Virus record (IMG/VR): IMGVR_UViG_3300025280_000022
Length of the DNA: 64,000 bases
DNA from: a virus
Strand: one strand, 5' to 3'
Shown here piece after piece: positions 30,845 through 42,073 of the stretch. Within the stretch, counting starts at the first letter, position 1. Every line of letters begins with the position of its first letter. The notes under the pieces were generated by a model. It ran no database searches and was not told the origin of the DNA. It saw nothing but the letters and a program-made list of their open reading frames with translations. A program made the position numbers and the translations under genes.

Positions 30845-31290
30845 TGGAGTTCCCCACAAAGCAAAACAACAAAAGAGTTAATACTAAAGGGTGGGGCCAA
30901 GAAACGATTGTGCATAATAATGAAAATTATTGCGTAAAACTTTTAACTCTCCAAAATGGCGGCCAATGCAGTCTCCACTTTCATAAAGAGAAAGAAGAAA
31001 GCTTTTTGGTTTTGGAGGGCCATGTGGAAGTTGAGCTTTTTTATGACCTAAAGAGGGAATATGTGGACTTGAGAGCGGGAGAGTCTATTGACATTCCTCC
31101 TTTTATGGCGCATCGCTTTAGGGCTATTGAAGATTCCAGATTACTCGAGGCTAGCAATCAGGATCTTGAAGAAGCGGATTTAGTTAGAATAGAGAGCGGC
31201 GACACGCAAAAAAACAAAATTCTTCCCATAGATGATGCTGAGTTCATCAAGTGGGAAAAAGACTGCAGGGCTATTATTGGTGACAGATAA
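30844..31290 (+). CDS. Cupin (mannose-6-phosphate isomerase-like)
   Basis: KGWGQE, CSLHFH..KEESF, IPP..HRF. Confidence 0.75.
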   Translation: MEFPTKQNNKRVNTKGWGQETIVHNNENYCVKLLTLQNGGQCSLHFHKEKEESFLVLEGHVEVELFYDLKREYVDLRAGESIDIPPFMAHRFRAIEDSRLLEASNQDLEEADLVRIESGDTQKNKILPIDDAEFIKWEKDCRAIIGDR

Positions 31291-31572
31291 AATTCCAGAA
31301 GCTGGCCGCGTGACAGGCGCCAAGCCAAGCAATAAAGATCTTTTGATATTTGTATTGATAGCGTTCTTCATATGCCAAGTGATGACCTTTGTTAGGCTTA
31401 ATAATCAACAAAAAAATTTAGACATTCAAAACGAGGCCCTACTTGAGTTGGCTCATACCACCGAAGCCCTTTTTGAGCTCGCTCGGCTACAGATGGAGCT
31501 CTCTAAACTAGATCTAAAAAAAGAAGAGCGGGAGTCAAATAAATACCAAGAGTGGAGGCTCCACGAAATTTA

Positions 31573-32004
31573 ATGGCTCAAGCACGAGAGCTCGATAGGG
31601 CTTATTTAAAAATGGCCCACATTTGGGCGCAACTCTCCAAGGCTCGGAGAAAAAAAGTGGGATGCCTTATCGTCAAGGATGGAATGATAATTTCTGATGG
31701 ATTTAATGGAATGCCCAAGGGATTTGATAATAATTGCGAAAAAGCGGGGAGGGCAGACGCATTAGTGACGAAAAAAGAAGTGCTCCATGCCGAAAGCAAT
31801 GCTATAACTAAATTAGCGAAGTCAACGCAGTCGAGTGATGGAGCAACAATATATATCACCTGTTCGCCTTGCGTTGATTGTTCTAAATTAATCATACAAG
31901 CAGGCATCAGGCGATTGGTTTTTAGGGAAGTATATAAAAACGATCATGGATTAAAACTTCTAGATAAAGCGGGTATACTCACTTCATTAATAAATACCTC
32001 ATGA
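31573..32004 (+). CDS. dCMP deaminase
   Basis: HAESNA and PCVDC zinc motifs, KVGC.IV, GFNG. Confidence 0.9.
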   Translation: MAQARELDRAYLKMAHIWAQLSKARRKKVGCLIVKDGMIISDGFNGMPKGFDNNCEKAGRADALVTKKEVLHAESNAITKLAKSTQSSDGATIYITCSPCVDCSKLIIQAGIRRLVFREVYKNDHGLKLLDKAGILTSLINTS

Positions 32005-32414
32005 AATTAAAAATTAAAAAATTAAGCGATAGGGCCGTGGCCCCTAAATTTGCTAGGGGTGGCGATGCTGGGATGGACTTAATAGCCACATCACTAAAGC
32101 AGCGAGCTAATTACCTAGAATACGGCACAGACCTAGCCATGCAAATTGAAAAAGGTTACGCTGGTTTAATTTTTCCTAGGTCAAGTATTTCCCAAACAGG
32201 ACATAGATTATTAAATTCCGTTGGCGTAATTGATAGTGGCTACCGAGGAGAGATAAAAGTTCGAATGAGCTGGACAACGGACAATACGTATCAAATTGGA
32301 GACAAAGTCGCGCAATTAATTATCACAAAGCTTCCGCGGGTCAATATTATTGAAGTAGATAAATTAGATCTCTCGGACCGAGGCGCAGGAGGTTTCGGTA
32401 GTACAGGAAAATAA
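32001..32414 (+). CDS. dut: Trimeric dUTPase
   Basis: DAGMDL, PRSS, GVIDSGYRGE, RGAGGFGSTG. Confidence 0.95.
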   Translation: MKLKIKKLSDRAVAPKFARGGDAGMDLIATSLKQRANYLEYGTDLAMQIEKGYAGLIFPRSSISQTGHRLLNSVGVIDSGYRGEIKVRMSWTTDNTYQIGDKVAQLIITKLPRVNIIEVDKLDLSDRGAGGFGSTGK

Positions 32415-32451
32415 GCTTGACAATAGAACGGAAATATCGTATAGTATAGGC

Positions 32452-32676
32452 ATGTTAAATCTATTACTAAATAAATTCCAAAAGAGGTATCTCCTTGTAT
32501 ATCGCAAGAGAGATGGAGAGACCAAAAGCTATGAAATCGACCGTCCTCGTTTGAGCGATTCAGTTCCAAATAAGCAAGAGGGGCGCAATAACGTAGGGTT
32601 TAAGGCTTATTGTTTTGTGCGGGGCGAAGTTAGAAGCTTTCGTCATGACGGAGTAATTTCTATCACCAAGCTATAA
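32452..32676 (+). CDS. Small WYL-like domain protein
   Basis: YRKRDGE..Y..P and AYCFVRGEVRSFR.D pattern. Confidence 0.55.
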   Translation: MLNLLLNKFQKRYLLVYRKRDGETKSYEIDRPRLSDSVPNKQEGRNNVGFKAYCFVRGEVRSFRHDGVISITKL

Positions 32677-32684
32677 GGTAAAAA

Positions 32685-33377
32685 ATGAAAAGGGTTATCG
32701 GGTTAATAACGTTATTTTTTTTAGGAGGCTGCGCCTCAAACACAGTAACGCAGAGCAAGTTTCCCTTTTATGGGCTTGAGCAAACTGCGGAGGAAAAGGT
32801 TCTCCCTATAAATAATGCTCGCATCACCCAGCAAGAATTAAATTCTCGGACTTCTACAGTTCCTGCAGAAGCCTTTCATACTGGATTATCCATTGTGGAT
32901 TATCTGCACGCAGTAAATTCCGATAAGATTAAAAGGGTGACTCCGCAAGCCCTTTTGCCCAACCCCTTTACAACCTTTACGCTGGGAAAGGGTGATGATA
33001 CTTTGGAGATCAGAACCATCCCCGTAAGGTATCAAGCTTATGACCCCAACTTTCCCAAGGTAAGCCCGTTGTTTGATACGCCCGAAGAAGCGCAAGCGTA
33101 TGCAACGCTTAATAATGGCGATGGATTAGTTGGGCACTCCTATGTGGTAAGAGAGGTTGATTTTAAATATGAAGTGCGCCACAAGAACGGCTCTCGAGAC
33201 GATCAGTTACATACCACGCATTCCCTCGCAGAGGCTCGTAAATATTTAGAAGAATATGAAATAAACCATGTCCCAGCTCCGTTGTCAGACCATCTTTTTA
33301 TATATGAACTCAAGCCAACAGGACAAGTGTTGTATTTTTGGCAAGAGCTGGGAGGTTTAAACGAAAGGCCCTACTGA
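32685..33377 (+). CDS. Lipoprotein (paralogous family with 41819 and 55107)
   Basis: FLGGC lipobox; shared YEVR...IYELK domain. Confidence 0.6.
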   Translation: MKRVIGLITLFFLGGCASNTVTQSKFPFYGLEQTAEEKVLPINNARITQQELNSRTSTVPAEAFHTGLSIVDYLHAVNSDKIKRVTPQALLPNPFTTFTLGKGDDTLEIRTIPVRYQAYDPNFPKVSPLFDTPEEAQAYATLNNGDGLVGHSYVVREVDFKYEVRHKNGSRDDQLHTTHSLAEARKYLEEYEINHVPAPLSDHLFIYELKPTGQVLYFWQELGGLNERPY

Positions 33378-34040
33378 TGATTAAAGAAATAAGCGCCGCC
33401 CTTATGTTGGGAGCCCTATTCGCTCTTATTGGAGCTTTTCTAGAGCACAGGTTTGACCTCATCTTTAATTTTTTAACAAAGTAACCTTAAATATAATGCT
33501 TGAAGTAGTTTTTAGTAGCTTTTGGACGTGGGGAGGCACCTTGATATTGGTGGCGAGCTTTGGCTATTGTCTTTCTCTTCCTTTCTTTTGGCACGCTCGA
33601 GGTCTCGAGCAAAAGCGATTACTAGAAAACGAGGAAGAGGCAAGATTTTATCGGTTTCACACCCAACAACCTCCATTAAATTGAGGATTAAATGGTCAAC
33701 CCTTAATAAGAAAGGCAAACTTAATTATATATTTTTTGTGGCAAACCTATCGCTCGCGTTTATGTTTGCACTCCTCGGAGAAAGCATGTGTATTTTGCAC
33801 TCACTAGTGGCGTTTTTATGCTATATATCTTTTAGGTATGCCCCTAATTGTCGAAAATGACAAACGAAGAACAGATGGATGCGCTTTATAATGACATTGC
33901 GAGGGTCTTAATGAGATTTAAACAGGAATTTGACCTTAAAGGCCCCGATATAGTGTGGGTTCTTGAGTGTTTGGTTCATGACGTTTCCGATGTGTGCTTA
34001 GATTTTGAGGCTGACCTCGGAGATGAAGAAGATAAAGAAG

Positions 34041-34676
34041 ATGAGTAGAAAACTTCATGCTTTAGGATTGTGCGGTTCCGCAAGGTGCGGTAAGGACTCT
34101 TTTTACTTCATTGCTAAAGAATATTTGTCAAACCTGGGGTATCATCCATACAGAGTGAGCTTTGCTGACGTCCTAAAACAAGATGTTAATGAGTTCTTAT
34201 TAGAGAAAACAGGAATTAATGCCTTCACCGAAGACGCCGAAGAAAAAGAGTTGATTAGAGATTTCTTGGTAGCATATGGAACCAAATTGATGAGAAGGAT
34301 AGATGAAAATTACTGGATTTCTAAAGTAGAAGAGGCGATCCACTTCCCATCGAGGCTCAATACCCTTCCAACTAGCATTCCTATTTTTACAGATGTGAGA
34401 TATTTAAATGAATTAAAATGGGTAAGAGAAGAGAGATCGGGAATTATCGTTCATATTACCCGAACAGGAACGCTTCCCGCTAATGAAGAAGAAAGGAAGA
34501 GCGATCCTCTTTTGCACGCCCATTCGGATCTTCACCTAGAGTGGGGAGATTTTAAAAATAAAATCCCGACTACTGAAGATCATCGTCTCGTAGAACAGCT
34601 TACAGAGAAATGCCTTCATGATTATGATCGACGCGCAGAACACGCCAAAACCATAGCTTACAACAGGAAAATATAA
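34041..34676 (+). CDS. Deoxynucleoside monophosphate kinase
   Basis: GSARCGKDS P-loop, SFAD.LK, R..L..YGT, TDVRYLNE. Confidence 0.8.
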   Translation: MSRKLHALGLCGSARCGKDSFYFIAKEYLSNLGYHPYRVSFADVLKQDVNEFLLEKTGINAFTEDAEEKELIRDFLVAYGTKLMRRIDENYWISKVEEAIHFPSRLNTLPTSIPIFTDVRYLNELKWVREERSGIIVHITRTGTLPANEEERKSDPLLHAHSDLHLEWGDFKNKIPTTEDHRLVEQLTEKCLHDYDRRAEHAKTIAYNRKI

Positions 34677-35404
34677 TGAATTGGCTTTATAATTTCTCGG
34701 AGTTTCTTTTGGTTAATAGGGTCAAAATAGTCAAGCGAGGAATAGTTGCCTGCCTTGCGTTACTGGGATTCTTGATGTTTAATTATTTAGTATTATGAAT
34801 AAAGACAGATGGTATACCAGATGCATCCTTCTGCCCCTAGAGCTTATTATATTCGTAGTGTTAATTCCCGTTTTCTTTGTTTTATTATTATCAGGGGTGG
34901 CGCTATATTTTTATGATAAAAGAAATAAAGGATTAGATAATTAAAATGAGAATAACTAAAGAATTAAAATACGCCACTTTCGAGTGGGACGAAGGCGCCA
35001 AAACTTTTACGGTGACGGATTCTAACAATAACACTATCGAGTTAAATAAAATATACGGCTTTGCGCTAATGAGATTTATTATTAGGATCGCTCAAAAGAA
35101 TTTCTTAAAAAAGCCATTGCCAAAAGAGGTTTTATGTGATATAATAGAAGAAACTGAAGAAGTATATGAAGACCCACGACAGCAGCGCCTTGATTTTTAA
35201 TTAATGAAACCAGTCAAACCATTAAAGTCCGTGGTTAATATAGCGCCTAATGCGCTTATTGATCCTCTTGTTAATAAGTGGGTGCTAGAGTGGTGCAAAA
35301 AATACCATCCTGAAGCAGTCGAAGAAGCGCAGAAATTTGTCAAAGAATATTTAGCAAAAATGGAGGCAATAGAACGGGTTCGACCTCGTCAAGGAGGAAT
35401 TTAA

Positions 35405-35479
35405 AGCAGAGTGGAGCAGAGGCAGCTCGTCAGGCTCATAACCTGAAGGTCGCGGGTTCGATTCCCGCCTCTGCAACCA
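35405..35479 (+). tRNA. tRNA-Met(CAT), probably initiator
   Basis: Cloverleaf, anticodon arm TCAGG-CTCATAA-CCTGA, GGTTCGATTCC T-loop, 1:72 mismatch, CCA end. Confidence 0.92.
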
Positions 35480-35486
35480 ATTTAAT

Positions 35487-36269
35487 GTGAGAGAAGATCG
35501 TTTAATTCAGCAGTCTAAACCCAGGGAGGATTATTTTAACTCCCCCATTTTTATATTAGGCTTGCCGCGCTCGGGAACCTCTATGATTACGGGGGCGATG
35601 GAGGTTTGCGGAGTGTGGCTGGGGAGCCTTATAGAGGACTTCTTTGAAAACATATTCTTGCGAGAATGCGTAAACAAACCAATATTATCTTATCTGGGCG
35701 TTGATCCTTTAGGGATAAGTAAATTACCCTCGTTGTCCGATGTTCCTGTGGAGATGTTGCCTTGGGTTCTTCAGGGCGCCATTCGAGACCTTATGGCTAT
35801 AAAGAGCCACAATTTTCGTCGTCACCGCATCAATCATCAGATTGGTACGGGTGAGCTAGCTTCTCTTATGCAAGAAATCATTGATCACGATGGTTATAGA
35901 CATGATGGGCCGTGGGCATATAAAGAGACTAAATTAACCCTCTTATGGCCTTTGTATAAGCACACTTTTCCGCATGCTAGGTGGGTGATTGTAAGGCGAG
36001 ACCCTCAAGGCTTTATCGAGTCTTGCCTTCGGGCTCCCTTCATGAACCAACACTCAAAGGATGTTCGTTTCTGGAAGAACGTGGTTAAAGAGTATAATGC
36101 GCGTCTGGACGCCTTGAAAAACTCAGGCGCTCGTGTTTTTGAAATATCCTCCGATGAACTTCCAAAAGGAAATTTTAAAGCTTTTAAAGCGCTAGTGGGA
36201 GATTTGGGGTTAAGCTACAATGAGAAAGAATTGAAGAAGTTTATAGACCCCACTCTTTGGCATAGTTAA
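35487..36269 (+). CDS. Sulfotransferase
   Basis: ILGLPRSGTS, W.YK, RRDP..S motifs. Confidence 0.8.
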   Translation: MREDRLIQQSKPREDYFNSPIFILGLPRSGTSMITGAMEVCGVWLGSLIEDFFENIFLRECVNKPILSYLGVDPLGISKLPSLSDVPVEMLPWVLQGAIRDLMAIKSHNFRRHRINHQIGTGELASLMQEIIDHDGYRHDGPWAYKETKLTLLWPLYKHTFPHARWVIVRRDPQGFIESCLRAPFMNQHSKDVRFWKNVVKEYNARLDALKNSGARVFEISSDELPKGNFKAFKALVGDLGLSYNEKELKKFIDPTLWHS

Positions 36270-37052
36270 TTTGAGCTTGACGAGATAGGAGATTTATAGT
36301 ATAATAAGAGACAGAAATAATTATGGCAAAAAACAAACAACAATTCACATCGCTGATCGAGCAAAAACCTTCCGCCTTTGAACTCCTGTTCAAGCAAAAG
36401 GCTGTGAAGTTCGAGCCTTTTCTGCCGTCGGTCTTACAACAAATAAAGGATTATGAAACTATCCGAAACTCAGATAATTAATTACATCGAATGCTCGCGG
36501 GAACTAGCCGAACTTTCTTCCCTCTTATTGCAACAAGTCACGAATGACAAAAAAAGATTAGGAAATAAGATAGAAGCCCAATCGGCCGAGTCTCTTTATT
36601 GGCTCTGGCTTTTAATCACAGAATACTTTTCCGAAGAAAAAATTAAAAAACATCTAGATAAACATGAAAAATAAAAGATTTTTTTATTGGTGGGATAAGT
36701 GCAAGGCTTTTGTCGGTGGAGGCATCGGCCTTAGGATCTTCAAAAATAAAGCCATAGGACTAGACATAACTTATTCCAAACTTTTTTTTCAATGGGTTCA
36801 TTTTTCTATAGAGTGGACGCGAAAGCAAGATTACGCAGGATTGTGGATTGAGTTTTCTATATTGGCATTAGATTTTCATTTTAAACTGGGCGATACCCGC
36901 CGCTGGGATCATAGAGACGATTGTTGGGAAGAAGAGGCCGTCTTAAAAGAAGAAGAGCAAGCAAAGGCATTTAAATATGAATGGTTTTAGGCTCGGTTTA
37001 TTTTTAAAAGGCCAAATATAGCAAAAATTTTTTAAAAAGAAAATCACCCGCA

Positions 37053-37220
37053 GTGGACGATAGACAACAGAGATACGCTTCCTCCCAGAAGGGAAAGGAG
37101 GCGCGTAAACGCGCAAATAAAAAATACGACAGCGATAATCTAGCGAAAAGAAGACAACAAAAACGCGATTATATGCGCCGCAGACGAGCACAAGATCCTA
37201 ATTATTGCAAATGGAAATAA
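37053..37220 (+). CDS. Small basic protein (55 aa)
   Basis: GTG start, MDDRQQRYASSQKGKEARKRANKKY...YCKWK, between repeat copies 1 and 2. Confidence 0.5.
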   Translation: MDDRQQRYASSQKGKEARKRANKKYDSDNLAKRRQQKRDYMRRRRAQDPNYCKWK

Positions 37221-37272
37221 GGCTCGGTTTATTTTGGAGAAGGCAAATAAGCGCGGGAGGCTTAAATTCATT

Positions 37273-38100
37273 ATGAGTAAACCGCGCATTAAAATAGCTA
37301 CTGTTTTTTATCAAAAACCTCCGCCCAAAGAGTCATTGCCAAGGATTCTGCGCACCACCCCAAGGGAGCAGGAGGAACCAAAATATAAGCCAGAACACGT
37401 TTACCGAATGTATGAACAAATTCGGCGCAACACCACGAAGGAGTTTGATTTTTACTGCTTAACAAATACCGATAAAATTTCCCACCCTAATATTAAAACC
37501 ATTAAATTGGATGATATGTATAAGGGGTGGTTTGCTAAGATGAGATTATTTGACCCTAAGATATTTGCAAGCGGAAGAATATTTTATATAGACCTTGATA
37601 TGTCTATCCTTAAAAACATAGATGACATTTTAACTTTCAAGGGGGATCTTTGTATGTGCAAAGATGCGCACTATGAAGGAGAATATTGGTCAACTATAAT
37701 GCTATTTGATGCGCCGAAATTCCATTTTATTTATAAGAATTTTATGATACAGCATGATCGGTCACGGTATTATTTGCGTACTCTCGATAGCGGAGAAGAA
37801 GCTGCTCAATTTGGAGACCAAAATTGGATTAATGCGCTGTGCTCCACTAAAACCCCAGTACTTCCGCATACCCGACGTCCTAGCCATCGCAAAACGCAAA
37901 AGATAAAAGGGTTTTTGCCGCACGAAGCACACCCCAAAAAACATTTAATCGTAGATTTGCCATCGCAATGGTTTCCCCCTGCTAAAAAGTGGATAAATGA
38001 CCATTGGGAATTAGTTAATCTTGATGATCTTGCGCCAGAAGCTAAAATTCTAGTTTATCACGGTGATCCTGCTCCGTGGGAAAGGGAAAAATATAAATGA
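37273..38100 (+). CDS. GT-A fold glycosyltransferase
   Basis: FYCLT, GWFAKM.LF, YIDLD, GDQNWI, YHGDP.PW. Confidence 0.8.
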   Translation: MSKPRIKIATVFYQKPPPKESLPRILRTTPREQEEPKYKPEHVYRMYEQIRRNTTKEFDFYCLTNTDKISHPNIKTIKLDDMYKGWFAKMRLFDPKIFASGRIFYIDLDMSILKNIDDILTFKGDLCMCKDAHYEGEYWSTIMLFDAPKFHFIYKNFMIQHDRSRYYLRTLDSGEEAAQFGDQNWINALCSTKTPVLPHTRRPSHRKTQKIKGFLPHEAHPKKHLIVDLPSQWFPPAKKWINDHWELVNLDDLAPEAKILVYHGDPAPWEREKYK

Positions 38101-38789
38101 AAATTGTAATTTGCGGATTTTCCCGATCAGGAAGCACATTGTTCTTGCAAATGCTCAACACCTCGGTTTCAAACTTTAAGGTAAGGGAGTTTGAGGGGAG
38201 CTATAAAAATACCCCTGAAGACAATGTTATCACCAAAAGACCTAATGACATTGAATTTTTGCCCGAAATGTTAAATGATCCAAATATTCAACCTATAATT
38301 ATTGTGCGTGACCCAAGGGCAATTTTAACATCATTTCACGCAAGCGTTCCCTATAATTATTTTTGTAGCTATCATAAGATTTATTTTGTTCCCCCAAACG
38401 GATCACCTCCTTATCAGATCTCCACATATAGCCTTTCCTATGTCTATAACATCATAAATAAATATAAAGATGATAAACGAATTATCCTCATACGATACGA
38501 AGACTTAATAGAAGACCCTCCTAGAATCCAAGAGTTTTTAGGGGACAAATTAGGTTTAGAATATAAAGATGATTTCGCAAATTTCCACAAGCATAATTTA
38601 AAAAATATACGCGCGCTAAATGGCGTCCGAGCCGTAGATCTCTCGCGCAAAGATAGATGGAAGCGCCCCGATCATCATCAACGCATAATTGGGCAATTCA
38701 CTAAATTCCCTCATCTTTTTGACATATTAATAGAACTAGGATATGAAAAAAATAAAAAATGGTTCAAGAAATACAAGACGGCTATTTAA
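38097..38789 (+). CDS. Sulfotransferase
   Basis: GFSRSGST, VRDPR..S, RYEDL..P. Confidence 0.8.
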   Translation: MKIVICGFSRSGSTLFLQMLNTSVSNFKVREFEGSYKNTPEDNVITKRPNDIEFLPEMLNDPNIQPIIIVRDPRAILTSFHASVPYNYFCSYHKIYFVPPNGSPPYQISTYSLSYVYNIINKYKDDKRIILIRYEDLIEDPPRIQEFLGDKLGLEYKDDFANFHKHNLKNIRALNGVRAVDLSRKDRWKRPDHHQRIIGQFTKFPHLFDILIELGYEKNKKWFKKYKTAI

Positions 38790-39374
38790 ATAAAGGCTCG
38801 GTTTATTTTAGAGAGGCCAAATAAATGCCTAACGCAATATATTTATGAAAGACTGCAACTCAAATAAATGTCCGACATCTCAAAACGGAAAAGGCTCAAA
38901 GAGCCGAACCGACAGCTTCAGCCAATTCCAAAAAAACTACGATAAAATTAAATGGCAACACCCAAGCGGAGAATTATTAAATACCGAGACACGGAAGCAA
39001 GAATAGTTTTATCACTTTTTCTTTTCGGCTTCTTTGTGTCGTTAGCGGTAGCAGTCGGATCTGTCTTTGCGCTGACGCTATCAGTCGCTCGTCTGATATT
39101 TTTTTAATTTAGACTTGACTTTTTTAATAATGTCATTTAAATTAGATGGCATGGTTAATAAAAAAAGAGGACGACCCAAGGGAAAGAAGAATTCCCCCAA
39201 GTCCACGCTTATTCCCCTATCTATATTAAAGATGCTGGTGAGGGACAATGAGCTTGTGGAGGTATCGTTGGATTGGCTATCCTCCGCACAACCAATTAAA
39301 AAAACACAGCCTCAAGTCAGTCAGGCAAAGCAACCAGAAGAAAAAATAGAATATAAAATTACGGAGTTCAAACA

Positions 39375-40307
39375 ATGAGTGATGACATTTTTAAAGGTTT
39401 AGTTGGACAAGACAACGTAAAGAAGAAGCTCAAGTTTTACTTGAAGGCTTTTAATAAGACAAGTATTTGTCCTTTTTTAAATTTCGTTGGGGCGAAGGGA
39501 TTAGGCAAGACCGAATTTGCCAAAGCCTTTGCCTCTAACTTAACAAATACGGATGGAAGTCAAAGGCCGTTATTGGAAATTAATTGTTCTACAATTAAAA
39601 ATAATGAATCGTTCTTTACTGAAATATTCCTACCTATTATTTCAAATAATGAATTAACTGTTCTCTTGGATGAGGCACACGCCTTACCCAAAGACCTGAC
39701 GATGGCGTTCCTTACTATTTTTAATACAGAGCGCACACATCTTAAAGAGTTCACTTGGCAAGAGCAGGTATTTACATTTGATTTTTCCAAGCAGACATTT
39801 TTATTTGCTACAACTGAAAGCGATAAGTTGTTTCCTCCATTAAAGGATAGGCTTACAACTATTGACTTTGAGGCGTATGAATATGATGAACTGGGCAAAA
39901 TAATAGAACTAAACATTCCAGATGTAAATATAACGCCCGATGCCTTAAAGGAAGTCTCTAAAACTACGAGGGGCAATGCGAGAAGCTGTGTGATGAGAGC
40001 AAAAGAAATAATGCTTTTTTGTGAGGCAGAAATGAACCCCATCTTTGACTTGACTGCATGGAAAAAGTTTTGTGACACCTTGGGAATTTTGCCCTATGGA
40101 ATCACTTGCACCGAAAAGGAATTGCTCGAAATATTAAATGCAAGAGGATGTTGCACCTTGGCAATGTTGTCGGCTGTAACTGGATTGAGCAGGACTGCGC
40201 TCCAGCGTGACCATGAGATGTATTTGCTCAAGAAAAACTTCATGGAGATTGACGGCAAAAGAAAAATTACCCAAGTTGGACAAAAAGTCTTGACATCTGT
40301 GGAATAA
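39375..40307 (+). CDS. ruvB: RuvB-like AAA+ branch-migration helicase
   Basis: VGQDNVK..L, GAKGLGKT, LDEAH, ATT...L.PPL.DR, RG.AR, C-terminal wHTH with E.YL. Confidence 0.8.
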   Translation: MSDDIFKGLVGQDNVKKKLKFYLKAFNKTSICPFLNFVGAKGLGKTEFAKAFASNLTNTDGSQRPLLEINCSTIKNNESFFTEIFLPIISNNELTVLLDEAHALPKDLTMAFLTIFNTERTHLKEFTWQEQVFTFDFSKQTFLFATTESDKLFPPLKDRLTTIDFEAYEYDELGKIIELNIPDVNITPDALKEVSKTTRGNARSCVMRAKEIMLFCEAEMNPIFDLTAWKKFCDTLGILPYGITCTEKELLEILNARGCCTLAMLSAVTGLSRTALQRDHEMYLLKKNFMEIDGKRKITQVGQKVLTSVE

Positions 40308-41818
40308 TCTATTTAATGGAGAGTAAGAATTAGAAATGAAAAAGCACAAGATAGAAATAAAACCCTCGTATCCTCGATGTGAGCATCCAGAAAATAAATC
40401 TAGTTACAATATAGAGTGTTGGGACGTTTACATGGATGGGACGCTTCATTTTTCAACAACCCTCGACAGAGAATACTTGGAGAAATATACCATTCCCGAA
40501 TGGTTGAGACACCTAGAAGAAGATAAGGCATGAATAAATACAAAGTAGCTAGGAGTTATATACTCTCCAAGGAAGGGAGCAAACGAGTCTTCTCTTTTCT
40601 GCGACTTCCCGAACTCAAGTTTTTAAAGACTTGTGCGTTTATTGCAAGTATGTTGTTTTAATAAAAATATAACTATTAATTATGATGAATAAATACAAAG
40701 TAGCAGTATGGGAAGAAATGAGTGGCTTCATCAATGTAGAGGCAACATCACAAGAAGAGGCTCAAGAACTTGCAGAAGAACTGATTAGTGAAAATGGAGT
40801 GGAAGCCTTGTTTTATGGAGAAAGGGATGTGCTTTACCCTAAAGCAGTCCTTGGGACATCGCACACGCATGGCAGTAGAGAAGTTTTAAGCGTGGAAAAA
40901 ATTTAATGAGTTACCATAGGGACTACCATCAATTTGACTTTGGCGACCATCACCTAGATGAGATGTATCCCCCGACTGATTTAGACCTAGAAATAGCACG
41001 AACTTATGGAAAATGTTTACAGAAATGCGAAGAAATAATAGAGGAATTAGATGACAAAGAAAGAGTTACAAGATAAATGGTATGACCTTTATTGCGCTGA
41101 AAATGTAGCAAAGTGGGAGAAAAATAAAAAAATGAGCAAATATACAAGAGAAGAAATAGACGAGATGAAAGAACTCCTTTCAGAATCCGAATGGGAGGGC
41201 TTAAAAGATAGAGAATTAAGAGAAATCCTATGGGATGGTTGTATCGGATGGGCAAACGTGGAAGATGCAGATGTAATTGAAATGTATGAGGAGAATTATG
41301 GATTTGCTCCAGACAATGGATTTAATAAATAATGAACAACATATTTGATAGAATTATTGACATTGAGAAAGATCTCAATGATCTCATTGGCGACATTGAG
41401 ACTCAAGCCGAGCGTTGTGAGCTTAATGAAGGCGCAATTTTAGAAAAACTAAAAAGTGCAAGCGTAAATATTAGCCATGTATATAAATTAAACAAAGCAA
41501 ACTTTAATGAGTAAAAAAGTTACCATCCATTGGAACATTGACGGCCACGTAAAGGGTCATGGCTCTCCAACATCAATAGAGGTAGCCCTTGCTTGGATCG
41601 TGAAAATGAATAAAAAATATGGAGAAGGAACGCATTGGTATGAGTGAATATATGCCCATCATGGAAGTGCTTGAGAAAGTGCGAGAGGGTTGCGAGAGAT
41701 ATATGCATCGCATAGATGAAGAAGGTCAATGTGCAGAAGCAGATGATTATGTAGTTGCATTATTTCATTTTGAGGATTATATAGAATGGGTCAAATGGAA
41801 ACAGGGGAGAAATAAATA

Positions 41819-42073
41819 ATGAGTAAATTACTATTATCCCTTATCTTCCTTGGGGGTTGCACTACTACCGATTGGAGTGGTAGTTCTACCGAAGTTAAAG
41901 AAGTAGATTATAGATATGAAGTTAGGCGAATAAATAATTTAGTTAATCACCTATTATTTACCTTCCAAACACACGAGGAAGCATACGACTATGTAGTAAA
42001 GCAACCTTCTCCTTATAGTGATTTAATCATACACGACCTTAAAACTGGAGAAACATTTGAGGAAACACCATGA
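41819..42073 (+). CDS. Small lipoprotein (paralog of 32685 and 55107)
   Basis: FLGGC lipobox; EVDYRYEVR...IHDLKTG. Confidence 0.6.
   Translation: MSKLLLSLIFLGGCTTTDWSGSSTEVKEVDYRYEVRRINNLVNHLLFTFQTHEEAYDYVVKQPSPYSDLIIHDLKTGETFEETP

Larger units (their letters stand above)
36989..38824 (+). repeat. Three ~31-bp direct repeats AGGCTCGGTTTATTTT-N-RARA-G(G/C)CAAATA at 36989, 37220, 38794
   Basis: 16-nt identical core; each copy sits at or just after a stop codon. Confidence 0.85.

Noticed and set aside
34363-34380. Possible self-target of the 55584 guide (14/18 match to ACATCCCAACTAGCAATC)
   Set aside because: Roughly one such match is expected by chance in 64 kb of both strands. No perfect self-target was spotted by eye for any unit, but the search was not exhaustive.
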